From Gemmatimonadota bacterium (GTDB lineage Bacteria; Gemmatimonadota; Gemmatimonadetes; Gemmatimonadales; GWC2-71-9), in contig JBDTTZ010000125.1 in the NCBI GenBank assembly GCA_040008015.1, positions 1 to 41,822 on the forward strand: 41,822 nucleotides of DNA. The letters run 5' to 3'. The position numbers and the translations under genes are program-made. The notes beneath the pieces were generated by a model. The model searched no databases. It saw nothing but the letters and a program-made list of their open reading frames with translations, and had not been told where the DNA came from. Each line of letters begins with the position of its first letter. The first letter of the stretch is position 1. Positions 1-7,872 of the stretch are shown in pieces.

Positions 1-160
1 CGTAGATGCCCCGCACCATGAAGCTGTACGCCAGCATGATGAAAATGGGGATGGCGAAGAACAGCACCAGCCAGAACGTCCCGGGGCCAAGCAGGCTCCA
101 GGCCTGCGCCTGGGGGCGGCGGTGCAGCCAGGCCAGGGACCGTTCCCGGACGCCGGCCAT
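1..160 (-). CDS. ABC transporter permease, N-terminal part (PotB-like); gene continues past the window start
   Basis: Reverse-strand translation from the ATG at 160-158 reads MAGVRERSLAWLHRRPQAQAWSLLGPGTFWLVLFFAIPIFIMLAYSFMVRGIY. This is a basic cytoplasmic tail followed by a hydrophobic TM segment, typical of PotB/CysT-type permeases. Its ATG overlaps the TAA stop of the upstream ATPase (TAATG). Confidence 0.6.
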   Translation of the reverse strand, partial: MAGVRERSLAWLHRRPQAQAWSLLGPGTFWLVLFFAIPIFIMLAYSFMVRGIY

Positions 161-1290
161 TACTCGGACTCGAGGATCTGGCAGTCCTCGGGGAGCCAGG
201 CCACGGCGGCCGGGTCTCCCACCTTCCAGGACAGCGGCTTGATCAGCTGGCCTTCATTCCTGATCGCGACCGTGACGTCGTTTCCTTCGGCCAGGGTGAC
301 CACGATGTGCATCATCTCGCCCAGGTAGAAGACCTCCCGCACCTTCCCGTTGGCCGAGTTTTCATTGGGCGGGATCTCGTCGGGCCGCACCAGGTCCATC
401 CACTCGGGACGCACCGCGATCTGCACCTCGGTGGCTTCCCGCACGGCGGGGTTCGCCGGGATCCGGAACATGCTCCCGTCCTTCGTCTCCACCTCCCAGC
501 CGTTGCCGGTGTTCCGCTTCGCGGTCCCGCTGAAGAAGTTCGACTCGCCGATGAACTTGGCGACGAAGGCGGTGCGCGGGTTCTCGTAGATTTCCGCCGG
601 CGAGCCCAGCTGGGCGATCTTGGCGTTGCTCATGACCGCGATCCGGTCGCTCATGGTGAGCGCCTCTTCCTGGTCATGGGTGACGTAAATGAAGGTGATG
701 CCCAGCTGCTTGTTCAGCGCCTTGAGCTCGATCTGCATTTCCTTCCGAAGCTTGAGGTCGATGGCACCGAGCGGTTCGTCGAGGAGCAGGATCGGGGGCT
801 GAAGCACCAGGGCGCGGGCCAGGGCGACCCGCTGCCGCTGGCCGCCGGAGAGCTGGGCCGGTTGCCGCTTGGCGAAGATGGCCGGGTCCAGCCGGACCAT
901 TTCCATGGCCTTCCGGACCCGGGGGCCGATCTCCTCCCGGGGAGTCTTCCGCCGCTCCAGTCCGAATGCGATGTTCTTCTCGACCGTGAGGTGGGGGAAC
1001 AGGGCGTAGTTCTGGAAGACCATGGAAATATTGCGCTCGTAGGGGCGCTTGGCGTTGACCACTTCGCCGAGGATTCTCACCTCGCCGCCGTCGCTGTCGG
1101 GCTCCTCAAAGCCGGCCAGCAGGCGCAGGGTGGTGGTCTTCCCGCAGCCGCTGGGGCCCAGGATCGAAAAGAACTCGCCTTTTTTGATGTCGAAGGAGAT
1201 ATCGTTGACGGCCTTGATATCGGCGAAGCTCTTGGTCACCCGGGAGAAGCGGACCACCGGGTCGGACGCCTGGGGTGCGGGAGCTGCCAC
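160..1290 (-). CDS. potA: Spermidine/putrescine-type ABC importer ATP-binding subunit
   Basis: 376 aa. Walker A is GPSGCGKTT, the signature is LSGGQRQRVALARAL, and Walker B is LLLDEPLGAID. The stretch KLRKEMQIELKALNKQLGITFIYVTHDQEEALTMSDRIAVM closely resembles E. coli PotA. A C-terminal TOBE-like domain is present. Confidence 0.9.
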   Translation of the reverse strand: MAAPAPQASDPVVRFSRVTKSFADIKAVNDISFDIKKGEFFSILGPSGCGKTTTLRLLAGFEEPDSDGGEVRILGEVVNAKRPYERNISMVFQNYALFPHLTVEKNIAFGLERRKTPREEIGPRVRKAMEMVRLDPAIFAKRQPAQLSGGQRQRVALARALVLQPPILLLDEPLGAIDLKLRKEMQIELKALNKQLGITFIYVTHDQEEALTMSDRIAVMSNAKIAQLGSPAEIYENPRTAFVAKFIGESNFFSGTAKRNTGNGWEVETKDGSMFRIPANPAVREATEVQIAVRPEWMDLVRPDEIPPNENSANGKVREVFYLGEMMHIVVTLAEGNDVTVAIRNEGQLIKPLSWKVGDPAAVAWLPEDCQILESE

Positions 1291-1395
1291 GGGGAGGCCT
1301 CAGATTAAGGTTGTGCGGATTCGGGCATAACGTACGGCGAAACCTTGAAGCTGTCGAGGGGGATGGGGTAGTTGAGCTTCCTCCACGGACGGCCC

Positions 1396-1568
1396 TTTTC
1401 AACACGTAGTCACGTAGGACACGTAGGTCACGTAGAACAAGGAAAACAGTTAACTGCTTCCCACATGATTTATGCTGCTGTAATAATCTGCGAAAAGAGC
1501 GTTTGTACAGCTGTCAAGAAGGCTTTTCTACGTGGCCCAACGTGCCCTACGTGACTACGTGTTGAAAA
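1396..1568. repeat. Hairpin module H1: long inverted repeat built from tandem CACGTAG heptamers around an AT-rich 88-nt centre
   Basis: 1396-1418 (ttttcaacacgtagtcacgtagg) is the exact reverse complement of 1546-1568. Pairing continues imperfectly to 1437/1526. There are four CACGTAG units on the left, and three intact plus one degenerate CTACGTG units on the right. Confidence 0.85.
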
Positions 1569-1605
1569 CGGTGCCAGGTAAGGGACTCGCCGAACGGAGC
1601 CAGGC

Positions 1606-2055
1606 GTGACCCACAACCCTTACAGCATCCACCCCGGCTTCCTCAGGATGTACCAGGATGCCGCCGACATGAAGCGCGAATCGGCGGCGTTCCTCGAGGC
1701 CGCCCCCGGCTACGTGGATGCCCAGTTCTCCGGACCCCGCGCCGCCTTACGCCCCATCTACGAGGCGATCCTCGAATTTGCCTTTGACCTGGGGAAGGAC
1801 GTCAAGGTGAGTCCCGGCAAGACCATCGTTCCGTTCTACCGAGCGCATGTCTTTGCCCAGGTGAAAACCACCACCCGGACCCGGCTCGACCTGGGGTTCT
1901 GTCTCAAGGGAGTGAAACCGACAGGGCGCCTGGTGGAAACCGGCGGAGAGGCGAAGGGCGACCGGATCACCCACCGGATCGGGTTGAGTTCAGTGAAGGA
2001 GTTTAACAAAGAGGCCAGGGACTGGATGCGAAAAGCGTACGATCTGGATAGTTGA
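1606..2055 (+). CDS. DUF5655-like small conserved protein
   Basis: 149 aa with a GTG start. The pattern KDVKVSPGKTIVPFYRAHVFAQVKTTTRTRLDLGFCLKG...THRIGLSSVKEFNKEARDWMRKAY matches my recollection of the DUF5655/DUF4287-associated family. Confidence 0.7.
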   Translation: MTHNPYSIHPGFLRMYQDAADMKRESAAFLEAAPGYVDAQFSGPRAALRPIYEAILEFAFDLGKDVKVSPGKTIVPFYRAHVFAQVKTTTRTRLDLGFCLKGVKPTGRLVETGGEAKGDRITHRIGLSSVKEFNKEARDWMRKAYDLDS

Positions 2056-2099
2056 CCAATTCGTAGTGCGTGTACTGCCATCGTGCCCTGCTCGGGCTT

Positions 2100-2173
2100 C
2101 GATGCGCGTCAATTGTTTAAAGTTTTCTCTGCGAGCCTCTGCCCCTCGGCGTACTCTGCGTTGAAGCGCATCG
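2100..2173. repeat. Hairpin module H2 in the convergent spacer between the DUF5655 gene and gabT
   Basis: 13-nt arms cgatgcgcgtcaa (2100-2112) and ttgaagcgcatcg (2161-2173) are complementary at 12 of 13 positions. The 48-nt AT-richer loop carries a core (2112-2152) homologous to 3695-3734. Confidence 0.7.
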
Positions 2174-2212
2174 AAACTGGAATCCGGAACCAGGGAAACG
2201 CCCAGCCCCGAA

Positions 2213-3550
2213 CTACGCGATGGCCTCCAGTGCCTGCTCCATGGCACCCAAACCCTCCTGCAGCACAGCATCCTCGATCGTCAACGGGAAAAGAATCCGG
2301 ACCACGTTGCCGTAGGTCCCCGCCGACAGCAGTATCAGCCCCCGTTCCAGTGCGGCCGCCAGTAAGCGACTCGTGCGATCCTTATCGGGAACCTTGCTCG
2401 CCCGGTCGGTCACCAGTTCCATCGCAATCATGGCGCCGAGTCCGCGGACGTCGCCGATCCACTGGTAGCGCGAGGCCCAGGTCGCAAAGCGCTCGCGCAC
2501 GACGGTGCCCAACTGGGCGGCACGGGCCGAGACATTGTCCTGTTCCATGACATCCAGCACGGCGAGCGCCGCGGCACAGGAGAGCGGGTTTCCGCCGAAG
2601 GTGCCGCCGAGCCCGCCCACCTGGGGCGCGTCCAGGACATCGGCGCGGCCGGTGACGGCGGCGAGCGGAAGCCCTCCCGCCAGGGACTTTGCAGTGGTGA
2701 TGAGATCCGGCACCAGGCCGTAGTGCTCACAGGCAAACATCTTACCGGTGCGCCCGAAGCCGGTCTGAATCTCGTCGGCGATGAGCAGGATCTTGTGCTC
2801 CCTGGCGAAAGAGGCCAGCGCGGAGACGTATTCAGGCGGCGCGGGTACGAAGCCCCCCTCCCCCAGCTCCAGCTCGATGATGATCGCCGCCACGGAGTCG
2901 GGATCCACCACCCCGGCGAACAAGGACCCGAAGTACCCTGGAGCGGCCTGGCAGCATTCCCCGCTTCCCTGCTTCCCCGCTTCCCCGCAGCGATAGCAGT
3001 AGGGGAAAGGAATCCGGTAGATCTCGGGGGCGAAGGGCCCAAAGCCCTTCTTGTATGGCATTACCTTGGCCGTGAGGCCCATGGTGAGATTGGTGCGGCC
3101 ATGAAACGCGTGCTCGAAGCAAACGACCGCGGATCGCCCGGTGAAAAACCGGGCAGCCTTGATGGCGTTCTCCACCGCCTCGGCCCCGCTGTTGACGAAG
3201 AGCGTCTTCTTCTGGTGTCCGCCCGGCGTGATCCGGTTCATTCGCTCGGCCAGCCTTACGTACGGTTCGTAGGTCGAGACCGGCATCGCCACGTGCAGAA
3301 AGTGGTCGAGCTGTTCCCGCACCGCGGCGAGAACCCGGGAATTCCGGTGACCGACGTTGACGGTGCCGATCCCGCCGCCAAAGTCGATCAGCCGGTTGCC
3401 ATCGACATCGGTGATGATCGCACCATCGGCCTGGGCGATGGCGATCGAAGTCGTGGTCGGCACCGCATTGGAGACGGCGTTCTTCCGTCGCTTCATGAGG
3501 GCCTTGCTGGCCGGCCCCGGGATAGGAGTTTTGAGAAGGATTGCAGGCAT
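2213..3550 (-). CDS. gabT: 4-aminobutyrate--2-oxoglutarate aminotransferase (class III PLP aminotransferase)
   Basis: 445 aa. The N-terminus PIPGPASKAL...DVDGNRLIDFGGGIGTVNVGH, plus NSGAEAVENAIKAARFFTGR, FEHAFHGRTNLTMGLTAK..PYKKGFGPFAPEIYR, and the PLP lysine context DLITTAKSLAGG are all typical of GabT. Confidence 0.9.
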   Translation of the reverse strand: MPAILLKTPIPGPASKALMKRRKNAVSNAVPTTTSIAIAQADGAIITDVDGNRLIDFGGGIGTVNVGHRNSRVLAAVREQLDHFLHVAMPVSTYEPYVRLAERMNRITPGGHQKKTLFVNSGAEAVENAIKAARFFTGRSAVVCFEHAFHGRTNLTMGLTAKVMPYKKGFGPFAPEIYRIPFPYCYRCGEAGKQGSGECCQAAPGYFGSLFAGVVDPDSVAAIIIELELGEGGFVPAPPEYVSALASFAREHKILLIADEIQTGFGRTGKMFACEHYGLVPDLITTAKSLAGGLPLAAVTGRADVLDAPQVGGLGGTFGGNPLSCAAALAVLDVMEQDNVSARAAQLGTVVRERFATWASRYQWIGDVRGLGAMIAMELVTDRASKVPDKDRTSRLLAAALERGLILLSAGTYGNVVRILFPLTIEDAVLQEGLGAMEQALEAIA

Positions 3551-3637
3551 GAATACTCGTTAGGGTTGTCTCTTCGAAAGATGCCGGGACGTCCGTTGAT
3601 TCGCTAGAAGGCCGGACCTCCGTGCTGTCCTTTGGGC

Positions 3638-3776
3638 TCGGCAACTGCACACCGCCGAGACGCAAGTTACCGGCCTACCAGTAACGACGAAATTATTGTT
3701 TCAGTTCTCTGCGAAACCTCAGCGGCCTCAGCGTCTCGGCGGTGTGCAGTTGCCGATGAACGGTGTGCTGTTGCCG
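3638..3776. repeat. Hairpin module H3: perfect 26-bp inverted repeat, 67-nt AT-rich loop, plus a third direct half-copy
   Basis: 3638-3663 (tcggcaactgcacaccgccgagacgc) is the exact reverse complement of 3731-3756. The segment cggtgtgcagttgccg (3740-3755) is repeated directly as cggtgtgctgttgccg (3761-3776), identical at 15 of 16 positions. The module lies in the gabT upstream region. Confidence 0.85.
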
Positions 3777-3810
3777 TTAAGAAAAGCGCCGCCCAACCTG
3801 CGGCGGCGCC
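3777..3810 (-). terminator. Intrinsic terminator downstream of the M16 peptidase gene
   Basis: On the minus strand the sequence is aaaGGCGCCGCC-gcaggttg-GGCGGCGCuuuucuuaa. This gives an 8-9 bp GC stem (3786-3793 pairing with 3802-3809), an 8-nt loop and a U-tract, located about 25 nt after the TAA stop at 3835-3837. Confidence 0.6.
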
Positions 3811-3834
3811 TTTGCATTTCTTCCCTTTCAGGAC

Positions 3835-6627
3835 TTACGGCGTAGGCGGCGTCTGCAGCGGGTTCCCATCCGCGTCGATGAAGTGAATCTCACCCAGGTT
3901 GAGCTCGCGAATCCCGGCCTCGATCTTCGCCCGGTCCCCCACCACCACCCAGATCAGCCGGTCCGGCGCAATCACTTCCTTCGCCGCGGGGGTCATCTGC
4001 GCCGGGGTCAGCGCGTCCACCCGGGAGGCATAGGTCTCGTAATAGTTGTCCGGCAGGCCGTAGGTGACGATCTCGTTGATCGAGCCCATCACCGCGTTCA
4101 TCGTCTCCCACTGTCCCGGAAGACTCAGCGTCATCGAGGCCTGGGCCCGGCTCAGCTCGTCGGCGTCAGCCGGACGCGACCCGCCGATGTCGCTCAGTTC
4201 CCTTACCAGCTCGGCCATCGACTCCTTGGTCTTGTCGGTCTGCACCGGGGCGTAGGCGAAGAACGGCCGCTGGCCCTTGGCGTCCCAGAGCACGGTGAAC
4301 GACCCGTACGACCAGTGCTTGTCCTCCCGCAGGTTCATGTTGACGCGGGACGTGAAGTTGCCGCCCAGCAGGGTATTCATGGCCTGGATGGCGACCTCGT
4401 CCGGATTGCCCTTGGGCGGCGCGACATTGCCGGCGAAGATCACCGACTGGTCGGAGCCGGGGCGGTCCACCAGGTACACGGAGGGCCGGGCCGGCACCTG
4501 CACGGTGCCCAGGTTCTTGGTCGGCACGCTGCCCGGCCGCCAGGATGCGAACAGCCGCTCCAGCCTTGGTTTGAGCTCCGCCATCGTGGTGGCACCTACC
4601 ACCACCAGCGTCGAATTGTTGGGCTTGAACCAGGTATTGCGGAAGTCGATCAGGTCCTGGCGGGTGATCGAGTTCACCGACTCAGTGGTACCGGAGCCGG
4701 TCAGCGGATTGCCGTAGGCGTGGCCCTGGCCGTACAACAGCCGGGGGAATACCCGGAGCGCCATCGACACCGGCTGCACTTTCTCCCGTTGGATCCCGGC
4801 GAGCCGCTGCCGCTGGAGCCGCTGGAAATCCTCCGCCGGGAAGGACGGATGCAGGATCACGTCGGCGAAGATGCCGAGCGAGGCGTCGAGATTCTCCTTG
4901 AGAGCGGATAGCGATACCGACGACATGTCGAGCCCCGAGCCGGTGTTCAGGTTGGCGCCCAGCATCGAGAGCGTATCGCTGATCTGCAGCGCATTGAGCG
5001 AGGTGGTTCCTTCATCCAGCATGTTCATCGCGAGGCTGGCGGTGCCCGGCTTCCCGAACTGGTCGGCCGCGAATCCCGCGTCGATCATCAGCACCATATT
5101 CACCTGGGGAATCGTATTCCGCTGGGCGAGCACGACCCTGAGGCCGTTGGACAGCGTGTCGCGCACCATCTCGGGGAAGCGCACCGCTGGCGGCGAACCC
5201 GGGCCCGGCACCTTGCTCCGGTCCACGCCGGTGCTGGCCGCGGTGAACTCGGGGAACGGCTCCACATTCAGGATGTACACGCCGTCGGAGAGCCATCGCC
5301 GCGACGCGTCCAGCAGGCGGGCGGGCGTCGCGCCCGCGACCCAGGCCAGCATGCTCTTGTACTGCTCCGGGTTCCCGGCGAACACCTCGCCCTGCGCCAG
5401 CACATCGCTCTTGCCTCCGAACCCGCCGATCCGCTCGACCCCCCGGACGAAGTTGGCCCGGTACCGGGTCTGCACCCGGCGTATCTCGCGCGGGGTGGGG
5501 CCGGTCGCGAGGAAGCGGGCCATTTCCTCGTGGATGGCGCGCTCCACCACCGCCGGGTCGCCGCCCGGCTTTACCGTCGCCTGGATCAGGAACTGGCCGC
5601 CGATTTCGCGAAGATCGGTGAAGACACCGACGTCGGTCGCGCTCTGGTCGTCATACACCAGCCGCTTGTAGAGTCGGGAGGTCTTGCCGGCTCCGAGCAC
5701 GTCGCTCACCAGGTCGAGATAGGTACCTTCCTGGCTGCCCCACGCCGGGATATTCCACACCATGTAGATCCGGCTCTGCGGCACCCGGTCCTGGAGCAGT
5801 TGGCGATGGGTGCCGGTCATCGGCGCGGGCCAGGCGGTATGATGGGCCACCGGCGGTCCCGAGGGGATGTCACCGAAGTACTGCTCCACCTTCTGCCGGG
5901 CGGTCGCGCTGTCGATGTCGCCCGCGAGGACGATCACCGCGTTGGCGGCGCCGTAATAATTTCGGAACCACTCCTTCACGTCGTCGGTCGAGGCCGCGTT
6001 CAGGTCGTCCATGGACCCGATCACGGTCCACGAATACGGGTGGGAGGCCGGATAGGTCGCCTCGGTGATCAGCTCCTCGGTCTTGCCGTAGGGCTCGTTC
6101 TCACCCTGCCGCTTCTCGTTCTGTACCACGCCGCGCTGCTCGTTCACCTTGGCGGTGTCCAGCACCCCGATCAGGTGACCCATCCGGTCGGACTCCATCC
6201 AGAGCGCCATGTCGAGCGCGGGGGTGGGAACGTTTTCGAAGTAGTTGGTGCGGTCGTTGTTGGTGGTGCCGTTCATGTCGGTCGCACCGGCGCGCTCGAA
6301 CGGCCCGAAGTAGTCGGTATTGAAGTTCTCCGAGCCGTTGAACATCAGGTGCTCGAACAGGTGAGCGAATCCGGTGCGGCCCGGCTTCTCGTTCTTGGAC
6401 CCGACGTGGTACCAGATATTGACCGCAACGATCGGCGCCTTGTGGTCGGTGTGGACCAGCAGGGTCAGCCCGTTGCCGAGGATGTAGCGGGTATAGGGAA
6501 TGGCGATCGGGGCGGGCCGGGGAGCAACGCGCCGTGCGGGCGCCGGGGCCTGTGCCGATAGCGGAAGGGCCGCGGCCATCAGTGCAGCAACCGCCACCAC
6601 CTGGCCGACACTTGAACGGGAATACAT
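3835..6627 (-). CDS. Secreted two-module M16 (insulinase/pitrilysin) family zinc peptidase
   Basis: The HxxEH zinc motif is FAHLFEHLMFNGSEN. The length fits duplicated M16 active and inactive halves. I place the start at Met111 of the listed ORF (ATG at 6627), which gives the signal peptide MYSRSSVGQVVAVAALMAAALPLSAQA. The upstream 110 codons look non-coding. Confidence 0.9.
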   Translation of the reverse strand: MYSRSSVGQVVAVAALMAAALPLSAQAPAPARRVAPRPAPIAIPYTRYILGNGLTLLVHTDHKAPIVAVNIWYHVGSKNEKPGRTGFAHLFEHLMFNGSENFNTDYFGPFERAGATDMNGTTNNDRTNYFENVPTPALDMALWMESDRMGHLIGVLDTAKVNEQRGVVQNEKRQGENEPYGKTEELITEATYPASHPYSWTVIGSMDDLNAASTDDVKEWFRNYYGAANAVIVLAGDIDSATARQKVEQYFGDIPSGPPVAHHTAWPAPMTGTHRQLLQDRVPQSRIYMVWNIPAWGSQEGTYLDLVSDVLGAGKTSRLYKRLVYDDQSATDVGVFTDLREIGGQFLIQATVKPGGDPAVVERAIHEEMARFLATGPTPREIRRVQTRYRANFVRGVERIGGFGGKSDVLAQGEVFAGNPEQYKSMLAWVAGATPARLLDASRRWLSDGVYILNVEPFPEFTAASTGVDRSKVPGPGSPPAVRFPEMVRDTLSNGLRVVLAQRNTIPQVNMVLMIDAGFAADQFGKPGTASLAMNMLDEGTTSLNALQISDTLSMLGANLNTGSGLDMSSVSLSALKENLDASLGIFADVILHPSFPAEDFQRLQRQRLAGIQREKVQPVSMALRVFPRLLYGQGHAYGNPLTGSGTTESVNSITRQDLIDFRNTWFKPNNSTLVVVGATTMAELKPRLERLFASWRPGSVPTKNLGTVQVPARPSVYLVDRPGSDQSVIFAGNVAPPKGNPDEVAIQAMNTLLGGNFTSRVNMNLREDKHWSYGSFTVLWDAKGQRPFFAYAPVQTDKTKESMAELVRELSDIGGSRPADADELSRAQASMTLSLPGQWETMNAVMGSINEIVTYGLPDNYYETYASRVDALTPAQMTPAAKEVIAPDRLIWVVVGDRAKIEAGIRELNLGEIHFIDADGNPLQTPPTP

Positions 6628-6765
6628 GGGGTCTCCGGGGTGATCCGTAGGGGGGACTACCAGCATAATCGGGCGGACGGGATAGTTCAAATTGCCGGCT
6701 CTTGATCCCGGCTTGACCGGTCTGGTTGAACGTGAGATCGCGATTTCACTCAACCGGAGCGTTTC

Positions 6766-7872
6766 ATGTCGGCTATTCTCTGCGGTACAGCTATGCTGGC
6801 CCTGCTGAACTTCCAGCAGGCCAGTGACCGGGGGGCACCGGGATTCAGCGTCGTGGTCGATTCCGCGCGCCACGAGGTACGGGTGGTGACGGGGCCCTAC
6901 GTTCTCCCGGCGATGATGGGAGAAGGTCATCACGGCAATCATCACGCCGAGGGGCATGAGACCCCCCTCTTCGGATTTGCATGGCCGGTCTCCGGAGGAC
7001 TACGGGGCTTCAGCGTCGAAGTGATGGATGGCTCGCATCGTCCCCTGCCCCAGACCCTGCTGCACCACTTGAACGTGCTGAATCTCGATCGGCGCCAGTT
7101 GTTGCAGCCAGCGGTCGAGCGGGTCGTGGCCACGGGACAGGAAACCCGGCCGGTGCTGCTTCCCCCGTCGATCGCCATTCCGTTGCCCCTGGGCGCCCGC
7201 ATGGCCATGATGGCCGCATGGAAAAACCCGGGAATGACCGACCTCCATGATGTCTGGGTACAGCTGACATTTCGATGGAGCCCCGCGGATCTCGTCCCGC
7301 GTCCCCAGCCGGTACTCCCCGTGGCACTTGATGCAGATTACGAGGTAGGGACCTCGGATGCGTACGATCTTCCGATGGGACATTCGCTCAAGACCCGCGA
7401 GTTTGTCATGCCGATCGACGGGCGCCTGGTTGCCGTCGGCGGACACCTGCACGACTACGGGGTGGCGCTCCGCCTTGAAGAGGTGGCAACGGGCCGAGTG
7501 ATCCTGGAGTTGAAGGCAGAGGTGGCCCCGGACGGGCGCCTTCGCGATATGCCGCGAAAGCTGCCCGGGGTGAGCGGACCCGGCCTGGCGCTTCGTGCCG
7601 GCCGGCGATATCGCGTGGTCGGTGAGTACAACAATACGTCCGGACGGGTGATCCCGGATGGCGCGATGGCGGTGATCGGCGGACTCTTCGCTCCCAGGTG
7701 TATGCGATGCTGGCCGGGGATTGATCCGACCGATGCGAGCTTCGTCCGGGATCTTGCGACGCTACCGGGAGCCGGTTGGGCCGGCAAGAAATGGCTTGAG
7801 ACACCTTCCCTTACGCAGTTGATCCGCGCGCCACTAACGCCGAACGAGGCAGGGATGACAATGATTCCCTAG
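6766..7872 (+). CDS. Secreted His-rich protein with a copper type-II monooxygenase (PHM/DBH)-like ligand pattern
   Basis: 368 aa with a hydrophobic N-terminus. A His-rich tract EGHHGNHHAEGHE is present. Candidate ligands are HH (100-101, LLHHLNV), H161, HxH (227/229, GGHLHDYG) and M301 (DGAMAVIGG). The functional call is tentative. The confidence value refers to the CDS being real. Confidence 0.6.
   Translation: MSAILCGTAMLALLNFQQASDRGAPGFSVVVDSARHEVRVVTGPYVLPAMMGEGHHGNHHAEGHETPLFGFAWPVSGGLRGFSVEVMDGSHRPLPQTLLHHLNVLNLDRRQLLQPAVERVVATGQETRPVLLPPSIAIPLPLGARMAMMAAWKNPGMTDLHDVWVQLTFRWSPADLVPRPQPVLPVALDADYEVGTSDAYDLPMGHSLKTREFVMPIDGRLVAVGGHLHDYGVALRLEEVATGRVILELKAEVAPDGRLRDMPRKLPGVSGPGLALRAGRRYRVVGEYNNTSGRVIPDGAMAVIGGLFAPRCMRCWPGIDPTDASFVRDLATLPGAGWAGKKWLETPSLTQLIRAPLTPNEAGMTMIP

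Noticed and set aside
1403-1435. Tandem CACGTAG repeats as a possible CRISPR or other array
   Set aside because: The units are 7 nt long with 1-2 nt between them and are mirrored on the other arm. This is an inverted-repeat stem, not a repeat-spacer array.
1372-1554. 60-aa ORF (..HVGHVGHVEQ..) spanning hairpin module H1
   Set aside because: Its repetitive HVG residues are simply the translation of the CACGTAG tandem units. The ORF runs through both arms of the inverted repeat and has no ribosome-binding site.
2961-2988. Short tandem gcttcccc-type repeat inside gabT encoding a Cys-rich insert (CYRCGEAGKQGSGECC)
   Set aside because: The CYRC...C...C segment is common in this GabT subgroup, as far as I recall. 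The repeat is only about 3 imperfect units and stays in frame, so it is not clearly anomalous.
1396-3776. Possibility that H1, H2 and H3 are integron attC sites, making the DUF5655 gene and gabT gene cassettes
   Set aside because: I found no RYYYAAC / GTTRRRY core sites at the arm ends (for example GTTGAAA and GTTGCCG do not fit). The flanked genes are in opposite orientations. No integrase or attI is present in the window.
6628-6957. 110-codon N-terminal extension of the M16 peptidase ORF
   Set aside because: The extension has no signal peptide or homology. The internal Met at 6627 gives a classic signal peptide (..ALPLSAQA). The extension would also overlap the divergent gene that starts at 6766.
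7869-7872. Convergent genes 6766-7872 (+) and 7869-8459 (-) share overlapping stop codons within the palindrome CTAG
   Set aside because: This is a real feature of the sequence but a trivial consequence of tight packing. No functional implication can be argued.
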